A stretch of 64,000 nt of DNA from contig OZ024740.1 of the NCBI GenBank assembly GCA_964016885.1, positions 408,084,001 through 408,148,000 on the forward strand, in the 5' to 3' direction. The notes beneath the pieces are model-generated. The model was not told where the DNA came from, searched no databases, and worked only from the letters and a program-made list of their open reading frames with translations. A program made the position numbers and the translations under genes. This DNA comes from Eledone cirrhosa (taxonomy: Eukaryota). This document shows positions 27,052-40,459 of this stretch, piece by piece. Position 1 is the stretch's first letter. Every line of letters begins with the position of its first letter.

Positions 27052-27505
27052 AATAATAATAATAATGAAATTATTGTGTACAGTGCTCAGGTGCACTACA
27101 ACTCATCAAAGGTGCATGTATAGTACATAGAATAATATACAAATATCAGGAAAGTGAATAGTGTATGAGTCATGATATACATGTGTATGTGTATGGATGG
27201 GGAATATTAGGTGTAGTGTTGGTGAATCTCAGGAAGCATGGAGGCTTTAAAGGATGCAGTGTCTCGACAGCTAACAATTGATGCAGGTATTTTGTTCCAT
27301 GCTTCAGCAACTCTGAGCATGAAAAAATGTTTCCGAAAGTCATGGGAACTGTTTTTTTTGCTGACTTTATGGGCATGCCCACGTGTGTTAGACACATGGA
27401 AATCAAAAAGGTACTCAGGGTTGTTGTTGGCAAGATGGTTAATAATTTTGTTGGTGTTTACCAAGCCAGTTGCCAGAAGACGTCTTCCTGTATTAAGCAG
27501 AGTGT
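27052..27505 (-). mobile_element. CR1-group LINE 3' fragment
   Basis: Homologous to 54645-55230 (NTRGHAHK...FFMLRVAEAWNKIPAS), with the same 3' UTR and (ATT)n tail. Confidence 0.92.
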
Positions 27506-27642
27506 CAGCCTGACTGATCAACTGAGAAACTTTGGTTGCTATGGTCAACACAAATGTTTGATTATTTAAGCAGCTGCCACACTTAAAATTGATATTTGAT
27601 CCACACAGAGGTAAAGCTGTATCCTAATAGTATTAGTACTAG

Positions 27643-27838
27643 GGCGGTGGATTGACAGTATCGTTAGAGGGTCGGACGCCATGGTTTGCAGCATGGAGTT
27701 ACGGGCCTTTATGATCTGAGTTCAAATCCTGCCGAGGTTAACTTTGCCTTTCATCCTTACGGGGTCGATAAAAATAAAGTACCAGTAATGCACTGGGATA
27801 ACTGCTGGCCTTGTGCCAAAAGTAGAAACTATTATTAT
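27643..27838 (+). mobile_element. SINE family B
   Basis: GGCGGTGGATT head, GTTCAAATCC B-box, core and tail. Confidence 0.9.
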
Positions 27839-30021
27839 AATATAAATTGCTGTGATATGATATATTTCTATTAATGATTCCTCCAAACCTCCTCAAATAA
27901 CTATTTTACTTATTTAATTATATACTAAAGATAATCATTTGTTATATTAATATCCCATGCACAAAACAGTATATAAGAAGCAGTTAAGTATGAATAAATT
28001 ACATAATGTTTGATGTGTAATAGATGAATTTACACAAGCTATAGGAAGATTTTAGCTAGACCAAACAGATTCTCAACATTATATATATGTACATAACATA
28101 GTTTGTGAGACGGTTTCAATGAAAACCTGCTTGAATTGTTAATATATAGTAAGTTCTTGTAAGAGTGGCAGGATGGCAGATACAAGAGAGGACAAATTGC
28201 TTTATGTACTGATGTGAGATTCTGTTAAAGTTGTTTGATTTCCATCACTATAGGGTCGATAAAACAAGTACAAGTAATATTCTGGAGTAGATTCAATTGA
28301 CTGTAACCATTACCGAAAAATATTGGTGCTGTCTTTTGTTTAAAGAAATCAATATATAATACGAGATAGATTCTGTTCCATATACACTGTTGATCTAATT
28401 AATTCTGATAATGAATGGAAGCTGCTGATAACACAAAATGTAAGGTTTCAAAGTGGAAAGAAAATGTTTTGAAAACTATTGCGTCTGTTAGTAATGAAAA
28501 GTAGCTTGCGTGAGTCTTGTGTCAGAAATATATTGATGGACAGCGAATGCAGAGAAAATGTAGCAATTGGAAAAAGAATAAAGTAGGATTCCTTTTGTAT
28601 TTTCACACTACATCTAATATTCAAATATCGAAAAACACTATATTTAATGCATTCAAACAATATACTGTACTCTAGAATTTGCTCCTTTCCAACGTTTTAC
28701 AAATTAGTCCTGTCTATGAGCATCTACTCCAAATTGTTGGTAAATACAATTGTATGTCTGATGGGCTGTTATACAACATATTTCAGAAATCAGGTATACA
28801 GGTTATTGTCTGAGTATCAAAACTGAAGAACATCAGAAAGTTCTGATCACAAGTGAAACAATGATAGTTGGAATGTCATAAGTACTGAGTGAGAATTAAA
28901 ACTATATATTACTATAAGCTATAGTTAACAGTACAAGTAAAAATAAATTCATATGAGAGCATAATTAGCTGTAAATATTGTTAGCAAACTAATGTGGACA
29001 CCTTTATTGAAATAAGTTTTAGTATTCATTAAAACTACATTGAGAAGTAGGACAGTATTATTATGGCTGATAGTTTTAAAATCTATATATTTTTAATAAA
29101 AACAAAATTGTTATTGTTTGGGTCTGGAGGAAGAGCCTGTGTTCATGGTTATTACAAATCTTCTAAGACTAGTGAGATCAATGCAGATAATGTTAATATA
29201 TGTGTATCCAATGTTCCTGACTAAGAGACTAACTCAATCACATACCTATGGTAACATAATCACTAAGACGTTTAATGGGGAAAGCATAAATTCAGTTAAA
29301 GGGTATGACAACCTCTTTAGTGTTGGTGACATGATAAACCCTGTAGATTCTGTGGTTGCTATGACAACCTCTCAAGTGTTGCTATGACAACCTCTCTAGT
29401 GTTGGTATGACAACCCCTCTAATGTTGGTGACAGGATAAACCCAGTATATTCTATGGTTGGTGATAGAGACAATATCTAACCATAGAAAATTTGCCATAC
29501 AAAGGGGAAATAGGGTTCTTTAGTTTCTGGTGGTGGGGCCATGATAAAATGCACCTGGTGCACTCTGTAAAGTTTGGTAACATATGTGAGCAAGATGAGA
29601 AGTCAGTAATTCTGATTAAGTACTCGTCTATGACAACCTGTTCAACCATTGCTAGCATGGAAAACAGACTTTAAATGATGTAGTTATGATGATGATATAT
29701 ATTTATTTATACACACACACACACACACACATATATATGTATGTATGTAAAGGGTAAACAGAAATAACACAATCGGTACAGTATATGGAAGGGATATATT
29801 AGGTTAATGCTTGATATAGCAGGAAGAGGGTCTTAACGTTTCAGATGCAAGTTTTTCATCAGAAGAAAAAATGAGAAATAAAATAGATTGAGGGGACGGG
29901 CGGGATGGAATTGGAAAAAATGTCTTTAGATAAAAATAACAGGTCCATTTATGTTGACATCTCTACACATATATATACATACTTATGCATACTTATGTAT
30001 ATTTATATATGTATATATATA

Positions 30022-30059
<38 letters not shown>

Positions 30060-30090
30060 CATATATATATGTATGTATGTGTGCGTGTGT

Positions 30091-30121
<31 letters not shown>

Positions 30122-32199
30122 ACGAAGGAATAGTAGTAAGGAACCAGATGGACCATAACGCACCAGAGTACTCAATTCTTAGGGTAGTAGAGTGGGTCCA
30201 GAAATAGCTGTCGAAACGGCTTGAGCTCTTCCATCGGGGTCATACTTTTTCCTATATATATATATATATATATGGGTTGCAGCTTTCCAATTAGACATGC
30301 ATTATTAGAAATTTAAATGTGCTCAAGTTTTTCCTTCTTATTAAATTTTTCTCTTCCTATTTTGTCGTTTATATTTTGTTTGCAGCAATAGAGTTCCTTG
30401 GTTTATTGCTGTTTCTTGACCTTTCCTGCCATGTCTTCTATACTTAGAGCTTATTAACAGAGTTTTTATTGCTATTTTATAGAAAGTAATAATCATGAGA
30501 ATTGATGTCCATGTCTTTAAAATGATTGAGTATTAATACCAGGTTTCTTTCAGCAATCACAAATTGGGCTCATTTTCTTGTTCTTTCTGTATGTCCATGT
30601 TTGCATTGTATTTTGGTATTTATAGACATTCTATGATTAATTCCATGATTATTAAATTTTTTTTTTTGCAGCTAATCTTTTCTTTGATATTGTTTTCTGT
30701 CATGTGAATGTGTGTGTGTGTGCATGTGTAAGCATGCATGCACATGTGCACACACATACGCACACTCAGGCATACACATATATATAATAATCACCATCAT
30801 TGTTTTATGTACGTTTTTTTCCATTTTGGCATAGGTTAGATGTTTATATATATATATATATACACTCACACACACATATATATATAAGTTGACGGAAGTA
30901 GCATAAGGTTCACTGCTAGTACTGGTTGCATCTCAGTGTACTCAATAGATAAAGTTATGTAAAATCCCAGAGTAGACACAAAGTTATTTGCTTCAATACA
31001 ACACACGTAAATGGGTATCATATATCTATACCCGTACTTGAGTTTCAGACACACTTAATGCAGCAATAGAATGCACAGCATCTACTGTCTGCATTTGTTA
31101 TGCAACAATGCACAATCGGTGCATATGGCTTCATCAGCGAATTTCGCCTAATCAATAACCAATCGATCAACAGATTTCGATTCCAGTCCATGTCGGTTAT
31201 GACAGTGAATGTGACAGGCGACACAGTAGTACATTAGCAACTGAAATCCCTAGGCGTCATCACAATGCCATCAACCGATTGGCTACTGGTTCAGAAATTT
31301 ACGTGAATGTAGGAGTCGAAGTTGAAATACTTCCACTCCATATATATAACCAGATGGTCAAGTTTATAAACTACTTCAATTTTAATGGTTTGAACTCGAA
31401 AATAATGTGTAGTTTAGCATGATGTGTGTCCAGCTATTGAAAAATGATGTCAAAGATTCCAATGAATAGATCTGAGCATTTTATATCAACTAGATTTGCA
31501 TTTGATGTGTAAACACAGATAGTTAAATCTTCTCCCTTGCCGAAGATCTGGGATTTGACTACTGTGAGTTTACGGATTAATTGGTGAAACATATTTCTTT
31601 AATGAAATATATACAAGGAAGATTAATCATTTTTAAAAGGTAATATTTGAAGTTCTAGTTAAACTTTAATTAGTTATCTACCTAGCTGTGTGTGCTTACA
31701 CACTTTACAAATTATCCCCTGTGATTGTTTCATGTGTTTACTTTAAATATATATATATATGTCAATCAATTTCTAGTTGATATAAAATGCTCGGATCTAT
31801 TCATTGGAATCTTTGAGCTTATTCTACGGTGGATATGGCGCATGTCTCGGACATGACTCCCTTAATTTAATTTAATTTTGGATATATATATATATATATA
31901 TTTAACAGCTTCTCAACTACTAAAAATAAAAATAATATATATAATGTTTCATGTATGGAGTTTTATATCTCCTGTTTGGGAAAGTAAGACTTTGACTAGT
32001 TGTATGTACAAAGAAGTACCAGTTGAAGGGTAGAGAAGCAGATAGAGACACAGAGACATATAACATATAGGACAAGACTATATACTGAGGACTACAGATC
32101 AGATATGTAGCTGGTGCAAGGTTCCTGATAGATGGAAGTTGATATGGTGATTTAATAGTACAATAGATTGACATGCAATATTTAAGAGACAGATAAAAA

Positions 32200-32379
32200 A
32201 ATAGTGGAAGAAAGGCAGGAAGAAAGTACAATATCTAGTAGCTAGAAGAAATGCTAGTGTACTAGAGAACATTGAAATATCATTGGGAGAAATAGAATGG
32301 TATTGATGTACTAGTCTCACTGACAGTGAAAAGAAAGAGGCATGGAAATGCTATTGAAAGAGGTTGTTGAATAAGGAGA

Positions 32380-32414
<35 letters not shown>

Positions 32415-32745
32415 AGAGAGAGAAAGGGAGAGACTACTCAAGTAGAGCCATCAGGGAGACCAACTATTGAAGTTATTAGCTGTATGGTTAAAAGCATAGT
32501 TCAGGATATGACGGTAAGGTTAGTCACTGAGCTGCTTTAAATATCTGGCAAATTAGGTCATGTAATATATCACTTGAATAGTTTAATCAGGTATTACAGG
32601 AAAGTAATGACTAGCATAGCAGTATCATCATCATCAACTGCAAACAAGGGCAAAAGGGATGCTCTGGAGAGAAGTAATTACAGAATTGATGAACCAAGTT
32701 ATGAAAATTACTGAAAGAGTTATAGCACAAATGATTGGGAAGCTG
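32200..32745 (+). mobile_element. Decayed RTE LINE RT fragment
   Basis: KEAWKCY..RLLNKEN and KG..DALERSNYR...NQVMKITERVI segments, homologous to the 820-aa ORF. Confidence 0.7.
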
Positions 32746-33197
32746 TTCAAACACACAGACACACTCACATATTATGTAATAACCAACCAGACACCACACA
32801 CCCTCCCCTTAACACACACATTCTAATACATATACATACACATTTTCTTATACACACACACATGGAAACATTAAACCATTTCAATGAACACACAGACAGA
32901 AAACCCATAAATCAAAAGCCAATGAAAAAGCATGGCTCAAAAATAAACCATTGTAACAAAGGTTTGCTTTTCTTCTTTTTTTATTCAGGGATCAATATAA
33001 TAAGAGACTTTACCTTACTACCTTACATTATTTGAAGAGGCATGTTATAAAACTAGTAGTTCTAATGTAAATACACACTATCTAGCTATATACATAAAAT
33101 ACTAGTAATAATAATAGTATTATTATTAAGTGGAGTATTAAAACTTTACCGGATGATTAGAAGCTCAATGCAGTGGGGTTCACTAATGTGGGGTATA

Positions 33198-33413
33198 TAC
33201 TAATTTTAAAAACACCAAAGAATCAATGCATTTGAAGGTCAAATTATAAAACTATAATTTTTTTTTTTTAAATAAATTTTTTTAGAATTTTAAACTTTAA
33301 TATTTTGAAGTTTTTTGAACTGCAGTTCTATGACCCCAGGACGAAGTTTAGGTTGGCTGAAACAAATGTCAGTTTGACAATACATTGATTCTTTGGTGTT
33401 TTTAAAATTAGTG
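33198..33413. mobile_element. 216-bp element with ~31-bp terminal inverted repeats
   Basis: ACTAATTTTAAAAACACCAAAGAATCAATG (33199-33228) and its perfect reverse complement (33383-33412), with TA on both flanks. Confidence 0.75.
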
Positions 33414-34236
33414 TAGATACATATATATATATATCATAATCATCATCATAATGTCCACTTATCCTGCTAGCAAGGGTTGGACAGGTCTACATAGACCAAG
33501 TCAGTTCTGAAGTAGTGGCTAGTGATCTCCCAGACAAGCCAGGGATCTGTCATCTTGCTTATGATGGTATATATATATACATGTATGGTACTTAAGAGTG
33601 TTTATTGCCTTATGCATGTATATAAAGATATTTAAACAAACCTATATACTATTATATGTACAATATATATTTACATTTTCTATATATACATACACATATG
33701 CACACATATGATGGCTGTCCATTTGTGTCTTGAGGAAGATCATCACAGACTATTAAAGAGTATTGTGTTTTCAACAGTAGCTCTTTAAGCCTGCCAGACT
33801 CCTACATGTCTTTTGGCAGACCTTTCAGACAAAGACCTTCCCAGTGTCCATGTAAGCAATGTTCTTCCAAAATGGAATTATTTAAATGCATATGTAGTAA
33901 CGGAATATCATCACAAGGAGTCAACTATGTGTCTAACATAGGCCACCCCATGCTTCCAGCCAGATCTGCATGTCTTGTAACCTTCCCAGCACTACAGGTC
34001 TTTGAGAAAAATAAAAGTCAGGTAGAGTGAGATAAAGTCAACAATGCTTGTGCAGAAATTTTAGGACCAATAAAGCTTGCATAACAACCTCTTCACTCAG
34101 TTGACATATTGCAGACACAAGCTGAGGCAAGATGACTGGTGTCAATAAAAGTTGCAGATACAGGAGTGTTGGAGCATCATCATCTTCAGCACAAGCTAAA
34201 GAGATCCAGAATGGCCCAGATCATTCCCTGCACAAA

Positions 34237-34279
<43 letters not shown>

Positions 34280-34765
34280 CACACACATACACATGCATAC
34301 ACAGACACATATATACATATAAAGGTTTACCATGGATCCATACCTACTATTCTGAATAACACTGTGTTAGTGCTATCACTAATTAATAAATATACATATA
34401 TAAACATATGCATGCACACACACACTTGATAATAGGGAATGATCTATATTGAAATGGGGATTTGTGTTTCTACAAATAGAGATAACAATTGTTGCATCAC
34501 TGGAGTATGTTCTGATACATACAATGCTGATAACAGTGGTTACATTACTGATACCTTCTTAATATATAAATAAGCTAGTTTATTAGCTATTATAACACCC
34601 ATTTAAGCCAGAAAAGAATGATATAGTCACTGAAAGGAGTTTGAAACATGAGTATCACTTACATAACAGAGTGCTTGCATTCCATCTTCCCAAATTACAT
34701 ACTATAAATTATTTCTACTGTTTTTACCTGTTTTATTTTATCAGTTATTTATCACGATATTCAAC

Positions 34766-34994
34766 CTAACCTTTTAGCATTTAAACCGGCCATATCTTGC
34801 TAGAATTCTCTCACTTCTTTCTATTCAAACCAGCTGTAACTAGCTGCTCATACTTATGTTAAGGTATTGTTCTCAAAATAAATAACATCAAAATCTCGTA
34901 GATTCAATATTATGTGAGATAATTATGTAAGATAAAGCCTTTACCACAAAAATACAATAGTAAATATAGAGTAATGTAAATGCTAAAGGGTTAA
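34766..34994 (+). mobile_element. piggyBac-type MITE family 1
   Basis: Same TIRs and internal sequence as the other copies. Confidence 0.85.
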
Positions 34995-35326
34995 TATGTT
35001 GATCAACCTCAATTCAATTGTTTGTGATGAGCAAATGAAACAGGAATCAAAACTAACACTATTTACAGTCAATCATCTATTTCCTTTTATGGTTGTTTCA
35101 CTGAAAACATATTAAGATGTTTGATAATGTATACTACCATAATTGTTGGGAGTCTTACTATTATATACAAGATATGCATTTTAAAATCCAAAACATTGAA
35201 AAATTTTAAGCACATCTTGAGTGTTTCAGATACTGAAAAGTGGGTCAATATAAGGTGACACTTCCTAAACAATGTTGATTTATCCACGAAACAGGGTAGA
35301 ATAAATCACCATCAACATTTCACATG

Positions 35327-35444
35327 TTTTCCATACTGGTGTAGGTTGGACTGGTCACCATGGTCCAAGACCTGACTAGTTCATCTGTTTTCCATGCTGG
35401 TGTAGGTTGGACTGGTCACCATGGTCCAAAACCTGACTGGTTCA
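35327..35444. repeat. Tandem duplication of ~60 bp
   Basis: TTTTCCATRCTGGTGTAGGTTGGACTGGTCACCATGGTCCAARACCTGACTRGTTCA occurs twice. Confidence 0.85.
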
Positions 35445-35699
35445 AGAGTTACATCCTGCTCATATATTCCATTTTTGCTATGGTTTCTACAGCTGATTGT
35501 TCTTCATAATGCCAACAACTTTACACTGTATTAAGTACACTAGCAGAAAAACCACCCTTGAGTGGTTTTCTGCTAGCATGTGTAGTGTGTATATTGATAT
35601 TATACCCAAGTATATATACATGTAGATATGTACATCAAATAAAATCGTAATTGACAATATAAACAGAAATTGAACGAAGACGTTGTTACACTGTCTTAT

Positions 35700-35900
35700 G
35701 TAATCAGTAACGTAATCCATGATACATTAAAAAAAGACGATATTATATATAATCTGCATTAGGAGAAAATTAGTGACAGAAAATTAGTATGTTTATTTAA
35801 GTGATCGCCACCGGAAGTGTTGACATCACACATTCTCTCTTTCTATATATATGGTAGTTGAAGTGGTAGTGGTGGTTGCAACGATATACCGGAAGTGAAA
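35700..35900. promoter_or_regulatory. Candidate promoter with two ETS/GABP-type motifs
   Basis: ACCGGAAGTG at 35810-35819 and 35888-35897, plus a bZIP-like GTAACGTAAT at ~35707, in unique CpG-containing sequence. Confidence 0.5.
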
Positions 35901-36008
35901 CTTTGAAAAGAAGTCAATTTTAAATTATTTACTTTTACGAAATTATTTTTGTTTACAAAATTTAGTAGATAAATTATGTAATATTCATTCATTATTTATT
36001 CAAAGTAA

Positions 36009-36195
36009 TGGTGGATTGGCAGTATCGGTGGAGAGTCGGACGCCATGCTTTCCAGCATAGTTACGTCCCTTTACGATCTGAGTTCAAATCCCGCCGAGGT
36101 TGACTTTGCCTTTCATCCTTACGGGGTCGATAAAATAAAGTACCAGTAATGCACTGGGTAATTGCTGGCCTTGTGCTAAAAGTAGAAACAATTAT
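36009..36195 (+). mobile_element. SINE family B, young copy
   Basis: TGGCAGTATCGG, GTTCAAATCCCGCC and GCCTTTCATCCTTACGGGGTCGATAAAATAAAGTACCAG. Confidence 0.92.
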
Positions 36196-36294
36196 TTATT
36201 CAAAGTAATCCATCTTATTTTACTAACGGGATAAAAAATAAATAAACCGTACGCAGTCCCGCAGACCTTCCTTTATTATAGTTTAGATGTTATT

Positions 36295-36585
36295 GTGGAA
36301 ACAGTGCTACAACTTTACAGAATATACTGGCTACATTTTATCATGGCACCAACATTGCTACTTTACAGAGTGTACTCGGTACATTTTATCATAGCACCAA
36401 CATTGCTACATTACAGAGTGTACTCGGTACATTTTATTGTGGCATCAGCATTACCACTTTACAGAGTGTACTGGGTACATTTTACACCAATACTATCACT
36501 TTATAAGGTGTGTTGGTTGCATTTTATCATTACACCAGTATTATCACATTACAGAGTGTATTGAGTACATTTCATTGTGGAACCA
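36295..36585 (-). repeat. Degenerate ~50-bp array related to the RTE 3'-UTR module
   Basis: About six copies of CTTTACAGAGTGTACTSGGTACATTTTATYRTRGCAYCARCATT. Confidence 0.7.
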
Positions 36586-36897
36586 GCCTTAATGGTGTGC
36601 ATTTCAATGTTAGATTTACAAAAAGATTGACTGATATGTTTTAAAAATCTCTGCACAAAATAAATATAATTTACTATAAGAACTTGTATAATAAGAGTTG
36701 AGAAACAAATCTAAGCATCAGATCAGAGGTATTTGTTGGCGTTTGGATAGGTAATGGAGTCTGCATAATGAGTGAAAGAAATGTTGAAATATATTTGTAC
36801 TAGAGATCAAGGGAACAATGGAAACATTTGGGAAACGGAAGTCAACTTCACAGATGAACAATCATTTCTAACAGTTACTTTCGAAGGTTACAAACAT

Positions 36898-37280
36898 CAT
36901 TGTTTCTACTTTAGGCACAAGGCCAGCAATTTGAAAGGGACGAGAAAGTCGATTAAATCGAGCCCAGTGCTTACTGCTACTTTATTTTATCGACCCCATA
37001 AGGATGTAAGGCAAAGCTAACCTCGGCGTGATTTTAACTCAGAACGCAAAGGGCCGTAACTCTATGCCGTTAAGCATATTGTCTGATGTTCTACAGATAC
37101 TTCCACTCCCCGCCGATCATAATTGTTTCTACTTTTGGCACAAGGTCAGCAATTACCCAGTGTATTACTGGTACTTTATTTTATCGACCCCCGTAAGGAT
37201 GAAAGGCAAAGTTAACCTCGGTGGGATTTGAACTATCCGTCAAGGCATGGTGTCCGACCCTCTGCCAATCCACCGCCCTA
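36898..37280 (-). mobile_element. Two tandem SINE family B copies
   Basis: Reverse-strand cores at ~36900-37115 and ~37120-37280. Confidence 0.87.
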
Positions 37281-37814
37281 ATGAAGATAAAACACTCAAC
37301 AGATTTATTGTATAAGGGGAAAAACTCTGAAGATAATTTGTATAAGTTATTTCCCTTGAACCAATTTTAATTAAAAAAGAATTGGTTGTTTAAATTTCGT
37401 CATCAGAAAATGTCCCAGAGGTGTATTTGTATATGTAATATTCAACACTCTTGTTATCGCTTAAATAAATAAATTAAAAAAAAACCCGTAGGAATGGAAA
37501 TTAAAAAAGATACTTAATGATTGTAAGAGAGACTTAATATTGCAGTAAATATCCAAATAAAATATTGTTTGCTTATGTTCAACTCCAGGTCAACTCATGT
37601 TCTGCAGGCCAATACTTGTGGTTACGGCTACCTTTAATTATAATTAAAAGTGTTTTAGCCGTAACCATTCTGTCTTTTTATATATTAGGGACTTCATTAT
37701 CCAATGTGTCCTTCTTTATGTAAGATGGTAAAATGTGGTTTGAGGAAGATTTGGCTGCTATTTCTAGCAGGTCAAACTATAGGCTCATTCTTTGGCTTGA
37801 ATTTTTAAAATAAT

Positions 37815-38032
37815 AATGGGTTCTTATTTAGGCACAAGGCCAGCAATTCTGGGGGAGAGGGAAAGTCGATTAAATCGACCCCAGTGTGTGACTGGTCCTT
37901 TATTTTATCGACCCCATAAGGATGAAAAGCAAAGTTAAGCTCGGCGGGATTTGAACACGGAACGTAAAGGGCCATAACTCTATGTCGTTAAGCATGTTGT
38001 CCGACGCTCTACCGATTCTGCCAATCCACCGT

Positions 38033-38071
<39 letters not shown>

Positions 38072-38190
38072 AAATTATTGTGTACAGTGCTCAGGTGCAC
38101 TACAACTCATTAAAGGTGCATGTAAAGTACAATGAACAATGTACAAATGACAGGAAAATGAACAGTATATGGGTCATGATATACACGCAG
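37815..38190 (-). mobile_element. SINE family B plus a CR1 3'-UTR fragment joined at an (AAT)n tract
   Basis: SINE at 37815-38032, (AAT)n, then GAAAATTATTGTGTACAGTGCTCAGGTGCACTACAACTCAT nearly identical to the CR1 tail. Confidence 0.85.
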
Positions 38191-38466
38191 ACACATTAGT
38201 ATGCATAAACATGCATGCACACTAGGTGCCACCTGGTCCACGAATTGAACTCACAACCTTACAATTGTGAAAACAACACTTTAACCACTAAGCCATGTGC
38301 CTTCACCATTAATAATTTTGTGGGGAAGGAGAAAGCCAATTATATCAACTCCAGTATTTGACTGGTACTTTATTTTCTCCACCTCCAGAAGAAGAAAGGT
38401 GGCATTTGAATTAATTTAGGACATAAAAAGCCAGAGGTAATACTGTAGGACATTTTGTTTAATGCT

Positions 38467-38682
38467 TTAACCCTTTAGCATTTACATTATTCTATATTTA
38501 CTATTATATTTTCATGGTAAAGGCTTTATCTCACATAATATCAAATCTATGAGATTTTGATGTTATTTATTTTGAGAACAACACCTTAACTTAAGTATCA
38601 GCAGCTAGTTATTGCCAGTTTGAACAGAAATAGGTGAGAGAATTCTGACCAGATATGGCTGGTTTAAATGCTAAAGGGTTAA
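38467..38682 (-). mobile_element. piggyBac-type MITE family 1
   Basis: Perfect TTAACCCTTTAGCATTTA / TAAATGCTAAAGGGTTAA ends. Confidence 0.9.
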
Positions 38683-39229
38683 AGATTCTGCTAAACCACA
38701 GCACTTAGGTTTCTAATTTAGGTTCAATGCCAGTAGCTGTGAGTGAGGGTAAAGTTGATGTAATCGACTCCAGTACATGACTGGTACTTTATTTAATTGA
38801 CCCTAGTGCATTACTGGTGCATTGGAGTCGATTTACTCTCCAAAGCAATAATAATAATAATTGTTTCTACATTTGGCCCAAGGACAGCAATCTGGGGGAG
38901 GGGAAAGTTGATTAAATTGTCTCCAGTGCATTTAATAATAATAAAACACTCTAGTAATACTCGTAGTGACAGAGCACTTCCACATCATCAATGTGAAATG
39001 AATTAACCCTTCCATTTCCATATTTCTATTGAAAAATACTGCCAATAATTTTCAAACTTTCTCATTATTAAGCTGGTATTTTGGAGCCTCATTTAACAAA
39101 GGTTCTTACATAAAATTATCATGGATTAAAATAAGCAGTATTGTAGAACCAGGGGCTGTTTCCAATAATTTGGTACCAAAAAGGTTAAGTTGATGGGAAA
39201 ATACCATAACCAGCTTCAACTTCAGAAAA

Positions 39230-39900
39230 CCTGGGCAGACACTGTAATATATTAGATGTATTCAGAAAGGATGCAAGAGGCAGATGTGGACCAACTGAAA
39301 ATACACCAGTGGTTAAGGAGCACCAGACTGGAAGCAGAAAGCAGGTGTGGTAATCACTGCCTAAGGTGAGAGTTTCACTGCTGGATTCTGTCAACATTAT
39401 AGCATCAAAGATGGAACAGTTTCACAATGCATGTTGTGTAGAAAGTATGAAGAAATCAACTACATTGTCTCTATTTGCTCAGAACTGACGAAAACTGAAT
39501 AAATCCACAAGCATAACAAGGCAGCAGCACACCCAAACTTGAAGGTATTTTATGGGATCAAGACAACTAAGAAGTAATCATAAGCCAAACCTGGTCAGTG
39601 ACAACAATGTCACCATGATCTCGGACATACCCATCCACATTGATAGGAAAGTAAAGCTTAACAAGCCTGACATTGTTATCAAGGACAAGAAGAATAAGAG
39701 GTTACCATCCAAAAGAAATATCTCCATGAAAGTCAGAGAAGCTGATCAAAATATGGAGTATGAAGTCTGAAATAATCTGTGTTCATTGGAACTCTAGGAC
39801 ACATGAAGCCAGGAATCAGAAAGTTCATCAACTTCTAGACAGTTCAGATGAACGTGGGAACATTCCACATACTATGGGGAGCACTGTCAATTAAGTGACA
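39230..39900 (+). mobile_element. Decayed RLE-type non-LTR retrotransposon (R4/Dong-like) C-terminus
   Basis: HQWLRSTRLEAE, a zinc-knuckle-like CMLCRKYEEI.YIVSIC, KHNK, then DIPIHIDRKVKLNKPDIVIKDKK (PD motif of a restriction-like endonuclease). Confidence 0.75.
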
Positions 39901-40459
39901 TCCTCTCTATAGTGTCTCAGGCCCATTTGTGGAACCTGGCTCTACAAGATATAAAAAGGAATAATATTGGTGAAGACGAGGATTGTAGTGGTAGTGGCAG
40001 CAACAATGATGACAATAACAGTGATGATGATGAAAGAAATTCACCTGCTAGCACATTTATATTCATTGACTTATGGGCTGAATGTACTCTTATGAGGGTA
40101 ATTATTAAATTTAAACAATTTTGTCAACAAAGTCAGTCTGACTTTTGTTAGATACGCTTAATGAAGATTTCCCCAGGGAGTCTCTTTGTCTCATTTCAAT
40201 AGTGCGGGGGGGTCTTTTTCTAACTTCCAGCAAATCTGTTACTTCTGTGATTAGGTAATTTAATTTAATGTATTACCCATTATAATTAATTCATCTAATG
40301 TCAGAAGGTTTAGATGTAATTATAATGTGATGAAGACATGGATTTTTTTGATGAATTAACTAAGAATTTATAAGTTAATAAGCATTGAAATAGCTATTGT
40401 GAAATATAGGAACATTATCATGAACTATGCCTTCAGCTATGTTTTCTGAACATTTTAAA

